Shown here: piece by piece, positions 47,301 to 54,357 of the stretch
Layout of the letters: every line of letters starts with the position of its first letter
Numbering within the stretch: the stretch's first letter is position 1
IMG/VR virus record: IMGVR_UViG_3300036971_000130
Source: a virus
Lineage: Duplodnaviria > Caudoviricetes
Direction: 5' to 3' (one strand)
DNA length: 64,000 bases
Position numbers and translations under genes: made by a program
Notes under the pieces: generated by a model
What the model saw: only the letters and a program-made list of their open reading frames with translations
Database searches by the model: none
Told to the model about the DNA's origin: nothing

Positions 47301-48814
47301 GAGATCGTGGCGTACTGGATGCGGATGGCACCGTGAGCCGGAGTCGTCAGCGTCGGGTTGCCGGTGAGGGACGATCCGTGGACATCAGCCACAGCGTTGC
47401 CGGAAGCAGTCATCGTCTGACGGAACTTCATGCAGACGGCGGTGCCCTGGATGTCGCCGGTGAAGCGGGACGGGTTGACGGCCGAGTAGGCGACAGCGTT
47501 CACCTGAGCGCCGGTGAAGGTCCGCTGCTCACCGCCGGTGCCGTAGTTCTGCGGGACGAACTGCGGGTAGAGGAAGGTCGAATACTGACCTTCGAGGGTG
47601 CCCGCTCCGGGGCCGAGGCCATAGGAACTGTTCACCCACGCCGAGAACTGGTTGCGGTACCCGAACTCGACGACCTTGAAGAACGAGGACGCTGCGGAGT
47701 TGTTGGTCGTGTTGAAATCGGAGACGTTCGCTCCGCCACCACGGGGGACACCGACGACGTTCGTGATGTTCAGGGTGAAGGGGGTCGTGCCGACCGGGAT
47801 GTCGGTCTCCGGCACGAAGATCGTGAGAGCGCCGGAGGTTACGACTCGGTTCGACATGCCCGAAGCGGAGAGCGTCTCGTTGTTGAACCCGGTGACGGAG
47901 GTGTCGACCGTGGTGTCACCCGAAGACGAGAAGGTGCCAGCCCAGGCACCGGAGCCGGGGATGATCCACTCGGCCGAGTTGAACGCCACCGAGGAACCGC
48001 CGGGAGCAGCCTGCGAACGGAAGGGACCGGACGAGTTCAGACCGAGAGGTGTCGTCTGGTGAGGGAACGCCATGTTGGTGTTCGTGGTCAGACGAGCGTT
48101 CGGGAACTGGGTCTGGATGTTCGCCCAGTTGGCGACGAAGGAGACCGACGACAGCGGCAGGGAACCGAAGGCACCGTCAGCGGACGTGCGAACGTCGATG
48201 GCGTAGGTCAGGAAGCGACCGGGAGTGCCACCAGCACTCGGGGTCTGTGTCGAAGCGATGAGACGGGTGGACACGTCGACACGGGGAACACCGGTGATTC
48301 GGATGGTCGGAGCGGACACGGGCGCTCCGCCGACGGTCACCGACTGCGAGAGCAGGTCGTTGTTTTTCACGTCGCCGCTCGCCTGCACGGCGTAGTCGAG
48401 AGCGATCGTGGTTCCCTGTGTCATCGGTCCGAGGTTGCAGGTGAGGGTCTTCTGGTTTGCAGAGACCGACGACCCCGGCATGTTGCAGGCCTTCGGCGGG
48501 TTGATCCCGTCGTCGTTGGCGGAACCATCAAGGAACCGGCCGTTGGTCAGGGTGATGACCGAGACCACGTTGCCGACCGAATCGGCCCCGTTCTGGGAGA
48601 CGTTGAGACGGAACTGAGCCTTGTCGTAGGTCGGGATCACACCGTCGGTTGGCGACCCGGATGACGAGTCGGAGACGATGGAGAGCACAGCATCCGTTCG
48701 TGGAGGTCCGGTCTCCGCAGAAGCGATTGTTGCGAAGCTCGAAGCTCCGATCAGAACTGCGAGGATCGGCAGGAGCCGACGCACTCGCTTGTCGGATGTG
48801 ACCCGTGCAGTCAT
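38393..48814 (-). CDS. giant cell-surface adhesin with 21 SdrD B-like repeats and sortase-like anchor
   Basis: signal peptide; 21 G[DN]xVWxDxNxxGxQD repeats; Pro/Thr linker; VPVTG + TM + RRRK tail. Confidence 0.92.
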   Translation of the reverse strand: MTARVTSDKRVRRLLPILAVLIGASSFATIASAETGPPRTDAVLSIVSDSSSGSPTDGVIPTYDKAQFRLNVSQNGADSVGNVVSVITLTNGRFLDGSANDDGINPPKACNMPGSSVSANQKTLTCNLGPMTQGTTIALDYAVQASGDVKNNDLLSQSVTVGGAPVSAPTIRITGVPRVDVSTRLIASTQTPSAGGTPGRFLTYAIDVRTSADGAFGSLPLSSVSFVANWANIQTQFPNARLTTNTNMAFPHQTTPLGLNSSGPFRSQAAPGGSSVAFNSAEWIIPGSGAWAGTFSSSGDTTVDTSVTGFNNETLSASGMSNRVVTSGALTIFVPETDIPVGTTPFTLNITNVVGVPRGGGANVSDFNTTNNSAASSFFKVVEFGYRNQFSAWVNSSYGLGPGAGTLEGQYSTFLYPQFVPQNYGTGGEQRTFTGAQVNAVAYSAVNPSRFTGDIQGTAVCMKFRQTMTASGNAVADVHGSSLTGNPTLTTPAHGAIRIQYATISGISATTQCDDSDATWSDTRPATFNAVRAWGDMRPAVTATTNENRTIVLALRVPFTIGSYTNGTVLGFWNASSNGFYGNTALGINGFTRNTNLNAYDSYWIGTNTAPDGKADIYNVPANTGDSRSGDRIITTNAVAAFDKTVCGETGTPEIAVGAPVQFCLDVDTSGISGGNISGLQVRDESVSQTSSPFNYQAGSSVVTINGVTSNIEPTLNASNHRVWTLPKIPNNSIVKIEFTARAKVGVATPGGSWTNTARVVGGGIVQPTGATDAQNPMVDTQAVSFRVGRYELNITKGTSAPAINYPNSTIPWDLILTNQGETTIAAIDVIDILPWNGDDSVDREPASDFSGTVGLSGPLTAVAGRTYQYTTAAPASISYNPLAASNQTGGSTTWVAAAGITNWGAVTAVRIKDSNALGSGETRTYTVQMTTAGNAAGDIYTNDVGGSIRNGTDGPILPIRSNDVTVVIRAFSLGDRVWYDDDRDGIQDAGENGIPNATVRLLNSTGAVIATTTTDANGNYLFENLRIGSYTVQFVTPAGHVPSPSAVGSDRAVDSNPVGGNAPVTITGTEVNDTNLTIDAGFYQTAAVGDLVWNDLNANGIQDAGEPGIAGVTVNLAGPGGVTATTTTDATGVYGFYDLTPGEYTVTFVMPSGYTLSPTAVGTDREADSNGLTTTVEIGNGEANMSIDLGLWVPGSIGDRVWHDVNANGIQDAGEPNISGVTVTATGPNGYSETRTTDANGAYSFTNLPAGDYTVTFTAPSGYVASPTAVGTDRSVDSNGLTSTVTINGNNNPTIDLGLYRPSSIGDFVWNDVNGNGVQNAGEVGIPNVTVNLVRDGLTVATTTTDANGAYLFDNLAPGAYTVNFVRPSGWTVSPSGVGGDPANDSNGLTSNVTLPENTHNMTIDLGMYQTASVGNLVWEDINANGIQDDGEPGIEGATVWLTRPDGSVVTSMVTDANGNYYFHDLAPGEYVIVFDVPNGCTPPFDPGDNGGQNRIVPGRCRPTGYQVGDDNTIDSDGNGVPVTLTAGEDNPTIDTGFYSTALLGDVVWNDTNANGIQEEGEFGIPNVTVELLDADGNVIDSTQTDGDGWYQFEVDPGTYTVHVTAPDGFVASPIGVGDDPENDSNPNDYEVTLASGDEDLSIDYGFYEPASLGDWVWLDTNSDGIQDGTEDGVEGVVVTLLRDGLVVAITTTGSDGSYEFTGLAPGSYTVDFIIPTGYSASPTNAGTDTAVDSNGANSNVTLAAGEHNGTIDLGIYQTGAIGDTVWNDLNGNGIQDAGEPGVPGVGVSLNGPDGTVNTVTDADGKYLFSDLPPGTYVVTFTEPTGWIAAPYNAGTDDEVDSDGAAVTVVLGNAETNLSIDYGIFQLASLGDRVWNDLNANGIQDAGEPGLAGVTVTLTNSDDEAASVVTDANGNYSFIDLPPGTYTVTFTTPDGYTESPANTGDDDNDSNGLTSTVTLTGGQSDPTIDFGVYQVATVGDFVWNDLNANGVQDAGEPGIEGVTVTISGPDGFTDTTTTDENGAYEFTDLVPGTYTVTFTTPDGYNLSPALVGTDRAVDSNGLTTTVALAGGVTNSTVDLGLYEFASVGDFVWYDTNANGVQDAGENGVEGVTVTITGPAGFTDTTATDADGAYEFTDLVPGSYTVTFTTPAGHVISPTAVGTDRAVDSNGLTTTIVLASGENNPTIDLGVYELASFGDFVWHDLNANGIQDAGEPGIAGVTVRVLGPAGFTADVVTDSNGAYEFTDLVPGTYQVTFLSPSWTPSPTAVGTDRTVDSNGLVTSVVLSAGDNDPTIDLGLYRPATVGNFVWNDLNANGVQDAGEPGIEGVTVTISGPDGFTDTTTTDENGAYEFTDLVPGEYTVTFTTSDGYELSPEGAGTPATDSNGLTTTVTLESGDEDDTIDLGAYLPASVGDFVWHDLNANGVQDAGEPGIEGVTVTVTGPDGFTDTTTTDENGAYEFTGLVPGTYTVTFTTPDGYSLSPLGAGTPATDSNGLTTTVTLESGDEDDTIDLGAFVPAEVGDFVWEDLNANGVQDADEPGIEGVTVNLMSGNLTVATTTTDENGEYLFTGLIPGDYRVVFVAPAGYVASPVNVGTDDAVDSDGTSVDVTLADSESNLTVDLGLYRPASIGDFVWQDTNANGVQDAGEPGIEGVTVTVTGPDGFTATTTTDADGAYSFTGLVPGEYTVTFTKPDTHNLSPEGAGTPATDSDGLTTTVTLESGDEDDTIDLGLWVPGTIGDFVWQDTNANGVQDAGEPGIEGVTVTISGPDGFTATATTDENGEYLFDDLAPGEYTVTFTVPDGYNISPVNVGDPGTDSNGVTSTVELPMGESDLSVDLGLYRPASVGDYVWRDSNANGVQDEGENGIEGVTVTIVGADGFTDTTTTDEDGLYIFTGLIPGDYTVTFTAPDGYALSPALVGTDRAVDSNGENTDLTLVSGDRIRTVDLGLYRPISVGDFVWHDLNANGVQDENEPGIEGVTVTIEGPDNYTATTTTDADGKYIFEGLAPGEYIITFSDTPDGFVLSPTTAGSDTEVDSNGLMTTVNLPTDEDTDLSIDLGLYRPVSLGDCVWEDVNGNGQQDEGEAGVPGVVVILTDADGNEVARTTTGDDCKYLFENLPPGDYTVTFEAPEGMIPTHTNVGDPATDSNGPSDDVTLTDGENNTTIDFGLVRPVSLGDTVWADENGNGQQDNDEPGVQGVTVTLTNANGDQVATTTTDADGKYLFTGLIPGTYTVTFSNLPAGMVITSTETGDDRTIDSNGLTTTVTLTSGQSDLTIDLGLIRPKVGIAIVKYVNGDDANEAPGVELTVGDEVTWTYVVTNVGETDLVDVKVTDDIEGDITCPATDLPAGESFTCELTGVVTKGQYTNVGTVTGTNSLDPDESVTDDDPANYTGVVPPVEPPVTPTTVPPVTPTTNPPTTVPVTPTTPAPPITSKPGIPVPVTGAGIALIGLIGLGSILGGLVLVRRRKNDAGE
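38970..45903 (-). repeat. tandem ~330-bp SdrD-B coding repeats (21 units)
   Basis: counted in the translation; several units near-identical in DNA (about 40500-42900). Confidence 0.85.
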
Positions 48815-48918
48815 GTGTTCCCTTGGTGGATGATCCGTCATCGGAGACCGATCGTGTGACACTAGTACGTTTGCGTGGCGATGTCACCACACTCTGTCAA
48901 AATTCTCTCAGGTTGCTC

Positions 48919-49608
48919 TCAGAGAAGGCCGGTGACCAGGGCAGAAGCCCATCGTCGAGCACCGGCATCGTAGGTTCCGTGAGCAACCGTCTGGAAGTGA
49001 ACGAGGTCGTCGGACCGAACGGCGATACGGCCGTCCCGCCCGCAGTACGTCTTCTCCACAGACAGGCAGGGAAGGGTCTTGGTCCAAGCCCCTTCCGCTG
49101 AGACAGCCCTGCTGCCAGACTCGTCGACGCTCCACCCGAATCCCCGAGCCATCGCTGCGAGGCGATCGTTCAGGGCCGGATCGGGGTCGGTGTGGTGGCG
49201 AGGCGGAGGCACCGCCCACGTCACCGGGACCAACTGCTCCTTGGCGATCTTCGCCACACCGGCCAGAGCGGTCCGGTAGTTGTCGATGAATGCCTTGGAG
49301 CCAACCGCCAGGCCAGGTTCACCGGTGACCGGAGCACCCATGCAGGGCGTGAGGGAGTTGCCGTAGAACTCGATCACGAGACGATCGACCTTCGGCTTCG
49401 AGCGGAGCCTCTTGGTGATCGACGGGACCATGTCGCAGGGGGCGGTGCCGCCGAGGGCGTTGACCTCGGCCTTCCCGAGACCCTGAGCGGCGGTTTCCCA
49501 CTCCAACTGAGCCCTGGCCTGCCAGGTGATCGAGTCACCGTAGAAGGCGACCATGATGGCGATGGATGCCCTCACCGAAGCATCGAGTCCGAGAACTCGT
49601 CCGGCCAC
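48919..49608 (-). CDS. SGNH-like protein, paralog of 9438..10181, no signal peptide (start uncertain)
   Basis: YGDSIT; VRSDDLVHF..GTYDAGARRW vs IRNADLTHF..GTYSSGAYRF. Confidence 0.7.
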   Translation of the reverse strand: MAGRVLGLDASVRASIAIMVAFYGDSITWQARAQLEWETAAQGLGKAEVNALGGTAPCDMVPSITKRLRSKPKVDRLVIEFYGNSLTPCMGAPVTGEPGLAVGSKAFIDNYRTALAGVAKIAKEQLVPVTWAVPPPRHHTDPDPALNDRLAAMARGFGWSVDESGSRAVSAEGAWTKTLPCLSVEKTYCGRDGRIAVRSDDLVHFQTVAHGTYDAGARRWASALVTGLL

Positions 49609-50684
49609 ACGCTGCCAGCCGGGCGGAGAGCTTCGACGTGAGGCACCAGACGTGCGCTGATCACATCGGACCGTCCAGCTTCGACAGCGGAGATCATCAC
49701 CTTGACCGTGCGGTTCCAGATGTTGACGAAGCTGTCGCTGTGGGTCTTGGACCGGAGGAAGGATTCGAGGCCCTGAGCCAGAGCGAACAGGCGATCGTCG
49801 CCGCTGTTCCAGTTCACGATCGAGGGGTCACGCAGGACCGACGGGATGTCGTAGAGGTCGTTGGCCTCGTACCACTGCATGAACTCGGTCGCAGCGCCTC
49901 GACCGACAGCACCGGCGAAGATCAGCGACATCGCCTCATGGTCCTTCGGCCGAAGTTCGACGGCCGCACGAGCGGCGTTGGTCCACGAACGAGGGGACGG
50001 CCAGATCACCGGGTCCTCGTGGTGCGTGGGGAGGTCACCTTCGAGCAGGTGGTTGCCACGGAGGAAGGTCGTGATGCCAGACCGAAATCGCATCCGGTGA
50101 GACTTCATCTCGTCGCCTTCGAGGTTGTGGATGAACTTCTCCATCGGCTCGTACTCCATCTGCTCGAAGTCGATGGCGAAGCCGTCCAACCATGCCTCGG
50201 TCTGGAAGTCCCAGGTGAGATGGACGAAGCGGTTGGCGACCGGCATCGAGAGGGTCCAGCCGTCCGTGGCGATCCTTGCGGGGTTGGCGATGGCGACCAT
50301 CCGCACACCTTCGAGGTGAAGCTCACCAACCCACCGCTCCTGCACAACACGCTGCTGGGCACGCTGGATTTCTGGGGCACCACCGAACTCGTCGAGCAGG
50401 AGGACCGAGCGTGGTTCGCTGGTTCCTGCCGCCCTCTCAGCGAGACGTGCTGCCCACTTGATCGGAGTGTAGGAGCCGTCCTCGGTGGCGAAACCGAGGA
50501 AGTCGGTCGCCTCACGGTTGGACCCGACGACAGTTTCGACGTAGAGGCCCCATCCTCGAAGCACCGACTCCAAGGTGGCGGTCTTTGCGATACCGGGGTT
50601 GCCCCACAGTAGGACGGGTACGTCAGCCTTGACGCACGCAGCGATCGCTCTCATCATCGGCTGGTTCGAGTAGTTGACTTTCAT
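49572..50684 (-). CDS. MoxR-like AAA+ ATPase
   Basis: LWGNPGIAKT, LLDEF, AIANP, ANRFVH, PSPRSW. Confidence 0.88.
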   Translation of the reverse strand: MKVNYSNQPMMRAIAACVKADVPVLLWGNPGIAKTATLESVLRGWGLYVETVVGSNREATDFLGFATEDGSYTPIKWAARLAERAAGTSEPRSVLLLDEFGGAPEIQRAQQRVVQERWVGELHLEGVRMVAIANPARIATDGWTLSMPVANRFVHLTWDFQTEAWLDGFAIDFEQMEYEPMEKFIHNLEGDEMKSHRMRFRSGITTFLRGNHLLEGDLPTHHEDPVIWPSPRSWTNAARAAVELRPKDHEAMSLIFAGAVGRGAATEFMQWYEANDLYDIPSVLRDPSIVNWNSGDDRLFALAQGLESFLRSKTHSDSFVNIWNRTVKVMISAVEAGRSDVISARLVPHVEALRPAGSVWPDEFSDSMLR

Positions 50685-50782
50685 CGTACTCCTGGTGGTC
50701 GGGACGGCCTACCCAACCATCATGGGTTGGCGAAGAACCCCTCCGAGGAAGGGTGCCGGTCCGTCAGTTCACCAGGAACCTA

Positions 50783-51664
50783 TCAGCCGGGGGTGACACT
50801 CCCAAGCGGCTCGCCGTAATTGTCGAACTCGGGCATCTCTCCGTAGCGGTGGAGAGGGAAGCTGTCACCGTCACGCTTCTTACGCCAGACCGTCGGGATA
50901 CTCACCTCGGTGAATCCGTGCTTGGTCATGGTCCCACGGCGCTTGGGGGACGGTGTAATCCATCTCACCGAATCGCCGTCATCGTCCTTGACGCACCACT
51001 TCGATCCGTACTGCGTCGACACCATCCGGATGTCATCTCGGACCTGCCCAGTTTCGAGATCGACGAGGTAGGTCTTGTCGTAGCTGAAGTACCTGTCGTC
51101 GGATTCGATGATCCCCAGCGAGCATTCCTCGCAGGTGCAGCCACCGAGGTACTTCGTCGGGTGGCCGTGAGGTGCAACGAACGCACAGTCCTCGCAGGTG
51201 CAGCCGTACTCCAACCGAGAAAGCGTTCCGTGTTCACCGTACTCAGCGGTGATCGCTGCTTCACGAGCTTCCGTCTCGGCGTCCCACTTCCTCCGACGGG
51301 CTTCAGCTTCGTCGAGTCGACGGGCGGCACGCCAGTCTCGCCAGTGCCGAGCGAGTTCCTCCCTGTTCATTCCGACTCGCTCGGCGCAGTCGGACCCGAT
51401 GTCATGGACCGTTCCCGTCTTCGTGTCCTCGACGACGTAGCAGTTGATGATGGCGGTGCCACAGTTCGCACAGGTACCGCCCGGTTGGACCGGAGCGTCA
51501 GGGGCAGCCTGGAACACCTTGCGGGTGAAGCCCTTGATCTTGCACTGCGACAGCCAAGGGAGCGTCGACCCGAGGTCGACATCGGACTTCGAGTGCTCGA
51601 CCGTCCCGAACTGGCCGTCGTTGCCAGCCTCTCCGGTGTGCTTCTTGCGGATCTTCTCGCTCAC
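50783..51664 (-). CDS. hypothetical Cys-rich protein with N-terminal tag
   Basis: GTG start at TAGTG overlap; KKHTGEAGNDGQFGTVEH; CANCG..IGSDCA; two GCTCxxC. Confidence 0.75.
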   Translation of the reverse strand: MSEKIRKKHTGEAGNDGQFGTVEHSKSDVDLGSTLPWLSQCKIKGFTRKVFQAAPDAPVQPGGTCANCGTAIINCYVVEDTKTGTVHDIGSDCAERVGMNREELARHWRDWRAARRLDEAEARRRKWDAETEAREAAITAEYGEHGTLSRLEYGCTCEDCAFVAPHGHPTKYLGGCTCEECSLGIIESDDRYFSYDKTYLVDLETGQVRDDIRMVSTQYGSKWCVKDDDGDSVRWITPSPKRRGTMTKHGFTEVSIPTVWRKKRDGDSFPLHRYGEMPEFDNYGEPLGSVTPG

Positions 51665-52524
51665 TACGACCTCGTCACGCTGTCGATGCCGTCGAAGAAC
51701 ATCTTGGCGAACCAGCGAACAGGTCGGAGAGACGACCTGAAGGCCCGCTCCTTCCACATGTCTCGGCGGTTCTGCTTGGCCTGCTTCTCAGCTTCGATGT
51801 TCCGCTCCCGGAACGCCCGGTCCTGGTCCACTAGCTTCTGCTCGTTCACCTGGTGGCGTTCGAGGTGCCGCTGCATCGCTTCGACAGCGTTCGAGTCGAT
51901 GTAGGGGTCGCCGTAGTCGTCGACGCTCGTGACGATGTACCCGCTCCATCCAGCGGCCCTGGCCTTGTTGTGGAGGTCGATGATGCCGGGGAGGTTCCGG
52001 GCTGGGACCATCTGCGACTTCCGAGGCGAGTCGATCAACTGGTCCGGGTTGTTGTCCTCGATGTGGTGAAGGGACCGGATGATGTAGTCCCGGTTCTCGT
52101 CACCTCGGTCGTAGAAGTCGTCGTCAGCGAGAGGTCGGACCGGGAACCCGTCCTCAGGCTCGACCAGCGGAGCCCTCTGCTCCATGTCGGCCAGCAGTGC
52201 TTCTCTCGCTCGGTCCGCCCGAGCCCAGTCGGGTTCGTTCGGGTAGTCGTCTGCGGTGATGTCGCTGACACCATCCCAGAGGTCTCCTTCTGGTGCGGAG
52301 CGATCCAGCCACTCCCCGAACTCGGGGTCGTCCATGAGGATGTCGTCGTAGTTGTCGTCGTCGTCGTCGGTGAGGTCGCTGGTGAGGTCGAGTTCGGGTC
52401 CTCGACCGAAGTCCGTCCTGTCGAACCGGCCACGGTCTCGGTTCTGGCTGTGGCTGTGATGAGCGTCGCCGTGATGGCGGCTACCATCCTGCGGAGGTCG
52501 GAACGAGGGGGAGAATCCAGGCAT
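51664..52524 (-). CDS. acidic hypothetical protein with N-terminal tag-like motif
   Basis: QNRDRGRFDRTDFGRGPELDL. Confidence 0.75.
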   Translation of the reverse strand: MPGFSPSFRPPQDGSRHHGDAHHSHSQNRDRGRFDRTDFGRGPELDLTSDLTDDDDDNYDDILMDDPEFGEWLDRSAPEGDLWDGVSDITADDYPNEPDWARADRAREALLADMEQRAPLVEPEDGFPVRPLADDDFYDRGDENRDYIIRSLHHIEDNNPDQLIDSPRKSQMVPARNLPGIIDLHNKARAAGWSGYIVTSVDDYGDPYIDSNAVEAMQRHLERHQVNEQKLVDQDRAFRERNIEAEKQAKQNRRDMWKERAFRSSLRPVRWFAKMFFDGIDSVTRS

Positions 52525-52541
52525 ACTCCAACTATTGGCGG
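52525..52541 (-). promoter_or_regulatory. GCC-AATAGT-T promoter, copy 4 (leaderless)
   Basis: reverse complement reads ccgccAATAGTtggagtATG. Confidence 0.7.
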
Positions 52542-52607
52542 CTGGCTGGTCAACCCGCCACCCATGATGATCTGGAAGTACTCACCCGAATAGGACATTC
52601 CACCCAA

Positions 52608-53078
52608 ATGCTCAACCGCATGAAAACCGAGACACACGAAGAAATCTCCCGTCGATGGTTCCCCGAGGGAACGTTCGTTCGGTCGGATGGTGGCGTCTTC
52701 TTCAGCCCTGTCGTCGGTGGCCGTTGGGAGGTCCACCTGAATGATGGGACCTACATCCTCTACGACAGCGTGGGACGCTTCTCGACAGCCCCGTGCCCCA
52801 TCTCAGGCATCTACCCGATCGTCTCGAAGCTCGAAGCTCGGATGGTCCACTGCTCCGGTCTGAACCTCGAAGACTACGACCTCGCTGTCCTGCCGTCGGG
52901 GGTTATCGACCTCAACATCGAGATGGTGAACGGCAACGTCGATCTCCTGGCGATGGTCTCGAAGCATGACAGGTCGGTCGAGACCATCGGTCTGTTCGGT
53001 ACCTACCAGGGGGCGGTCTCACTCGCCAGCCTCGTCGGCTACAGTCGAGACGACTGGGAAGGCGTCCTCGTATCGTGA
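52608..53078 (+). CDS. hypothetical protein
   Basis: downstream of CCCATGAT promoter (about 52561). Confidence 0.65.
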   Translation: MLNRMKTETHEEISRRWFPEGTFVRSDGGVFFSPVVGGRWEVHLNDGTYILYDSVGRFSTAPCPISGIYPIVSKLEARMVHCSGLNLEDYDLAVLPSGVIDLNIEMVNGNVDLLAMVSKHDRSVETIGLFGTYQGAVSLASLVGYSRDDWEGVLVS

Positions 53079-53371
53079 GCGACAACGAAGTGGAAGTCGA
53101 AGCGAGCCAAGCCGATCTCGAAACGATGCTGGTGCAGAACCGGCCGTTGAGGATCGAGGCGATCGACAGATCAACCATGTTCGTTGTCGGCTCCGAGCCG
53201 AACTCGTCCCACTGCTACCGAGAGGTCGACGGCCAGGTTGTCTGGTCCGCCAACATCAGCGGACGAGATCACAGCAGGCAGTTGGCTGCGTTGTTCGACG
53301 TGTTCACGTCCCGGCCTGTCGTGTTCTGGTCCTTCGACCCGTCGAGGACTTTTTCCTTCGGACGACCCTGA
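53075..53371 (+). CDS. hypothetical protein
   Basis: GTGA coupled. Confidence 0.6.
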   Translation: MSDNEVEVEASQADLETMLVQNRPLRIEAIDRSTMFVVGSEPNSSHCYREVDGQVVWSANISGRDHSRQLAALFDVFTSRPVVFWSFDPSRTFSFGRP

Positions 53372-53583
53372 TCCTCCACGTCGTTGTCAGCCCCCTCCGG
53401 TAAGGTGGCGGCAACAACTACGGATGAGGGGATCATCACCATGAGAGAGCGTTGCTCTGTCTTTTTCAACACCAAGATCATGTACGAGTACCACCCGGTG
53501 ATCGTGCGCCAACGTCGTCGGGCCCGTCTGGCTGCGGCGGCGATGATCGCTTCCAAGTCAACGAGCGTGTAGTATGGGTGGGT

Positions 53584-53886
53584 ATGTCCGATCACCCCAT
53601 CACACGGACCGTCTACCGACACACCGTCGACCACCTCTCAGGTGATCGTTCGGCCAAAGGCCGATGCCTCGAAGTGCTCCGGTTCTTCGGTCATGGGGAA
53701 GCCACGTTCGAGGCCATCTGCGCCGCCGTCCTCCAAGCACGGAACGCTGCTGTCGATGCCAGCCCGCTCTACGAGGGGCCTTCGACGCTCATGCTCTCGA
53801 TCTCACGTTTCGAGCGTGAGACGATGAAGCAGCAGATGTCCGTCGATGCCGTCTGCTCGTTCCTGACTCGACTCGCACCAGCCTGA
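53584..53886 (+). CDS. hypothetical protein
   Basis: MSDHP start within ORF 53452..53886. Confidence 0.5.
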   Translation: MSDHPITRTVYRHTVDHLSGDRSAKGRCLEVLRFFGHGEATFEAICAAVLQARNAAVDASPLYEGPSTLMLSISRFERETMKQQMSVDAVCSFLTRLAPA

Positions 53887-53925
53887 CCTCTACCGATCCG
53901 TCAGTCGACGGGCTACGCTGAGGAC

Positions 53926-54123
53926 ATGCCAGCCACACCACAGCAACACAAGGTCAGGCAGGATCGTCCCCTCGGCGTCATGTTCCGTGCCTGCACAAGA
54001 TGCAAGGAAGTGAAGCGGACGAGGACCGACTTCAGATGGATGCCCGGCCGGGTCAGGTTCCACCCGTGGTGCCTGCGGTGTGAAGCAGACCGTCGGAAGT
54101 TCAGGTCACACCGGAAGCAGTAG
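53926..54123 (+). CDS. small Zn-finger protein
   Basis: CTRC..F..CLRC. Confidence 0.55.
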   Translation: MPATPQQHKVRQDRPLGVMFRACTRCKEVKRTRTDFRWMPGRVRFHPWCLRCEADRRKFRSHRKQ

Positions 54124-54354
54124 CTTCGGTTCGTCGCCAGGCCAGTAGATGTCTTCGCAAGGCCACGGGCGAGGCTCGTTGCCGTCGAAGGACACCCATG
54201 CCTTCGGGAACCCACCCTTCATCGTGACCGCCGTCGAATCGCCAGAGCGATGCTTCTGCGGCACCTCAGCGACGACAGCAAGGTGGTGGACACCTGAAGC
54301 GTCCACCACCACGATCACGTCATCGACAGATAGCCGTCCCCAGCCGAAGCGCAT
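54106..54354 (-). CDS. hypothetical protein
   Basis: follows the 54358 ORF on the same strand. Confidence 0.55.
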   Translation of the reverse strand: MRFGWGRLSVDDVIVVVDASGVHHLAVVAEVPQKHRSGDSTAVTMKGGFPKAWVSFDGNEPRPWPCEDIYWPGDEPKLLLPV

Positions 54355-54357
54355 CGG

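Noticed and set aside
39404-48664. 3086-aa plus-strand ORF (also 26193..28598, 31246..33036, 56725..59316, 59853..62930, 18641..20764)
   Set aside because: These are antisense shadows of real genes caused by high-GC codon bias; the opposite strand carries the recognisable motifs.
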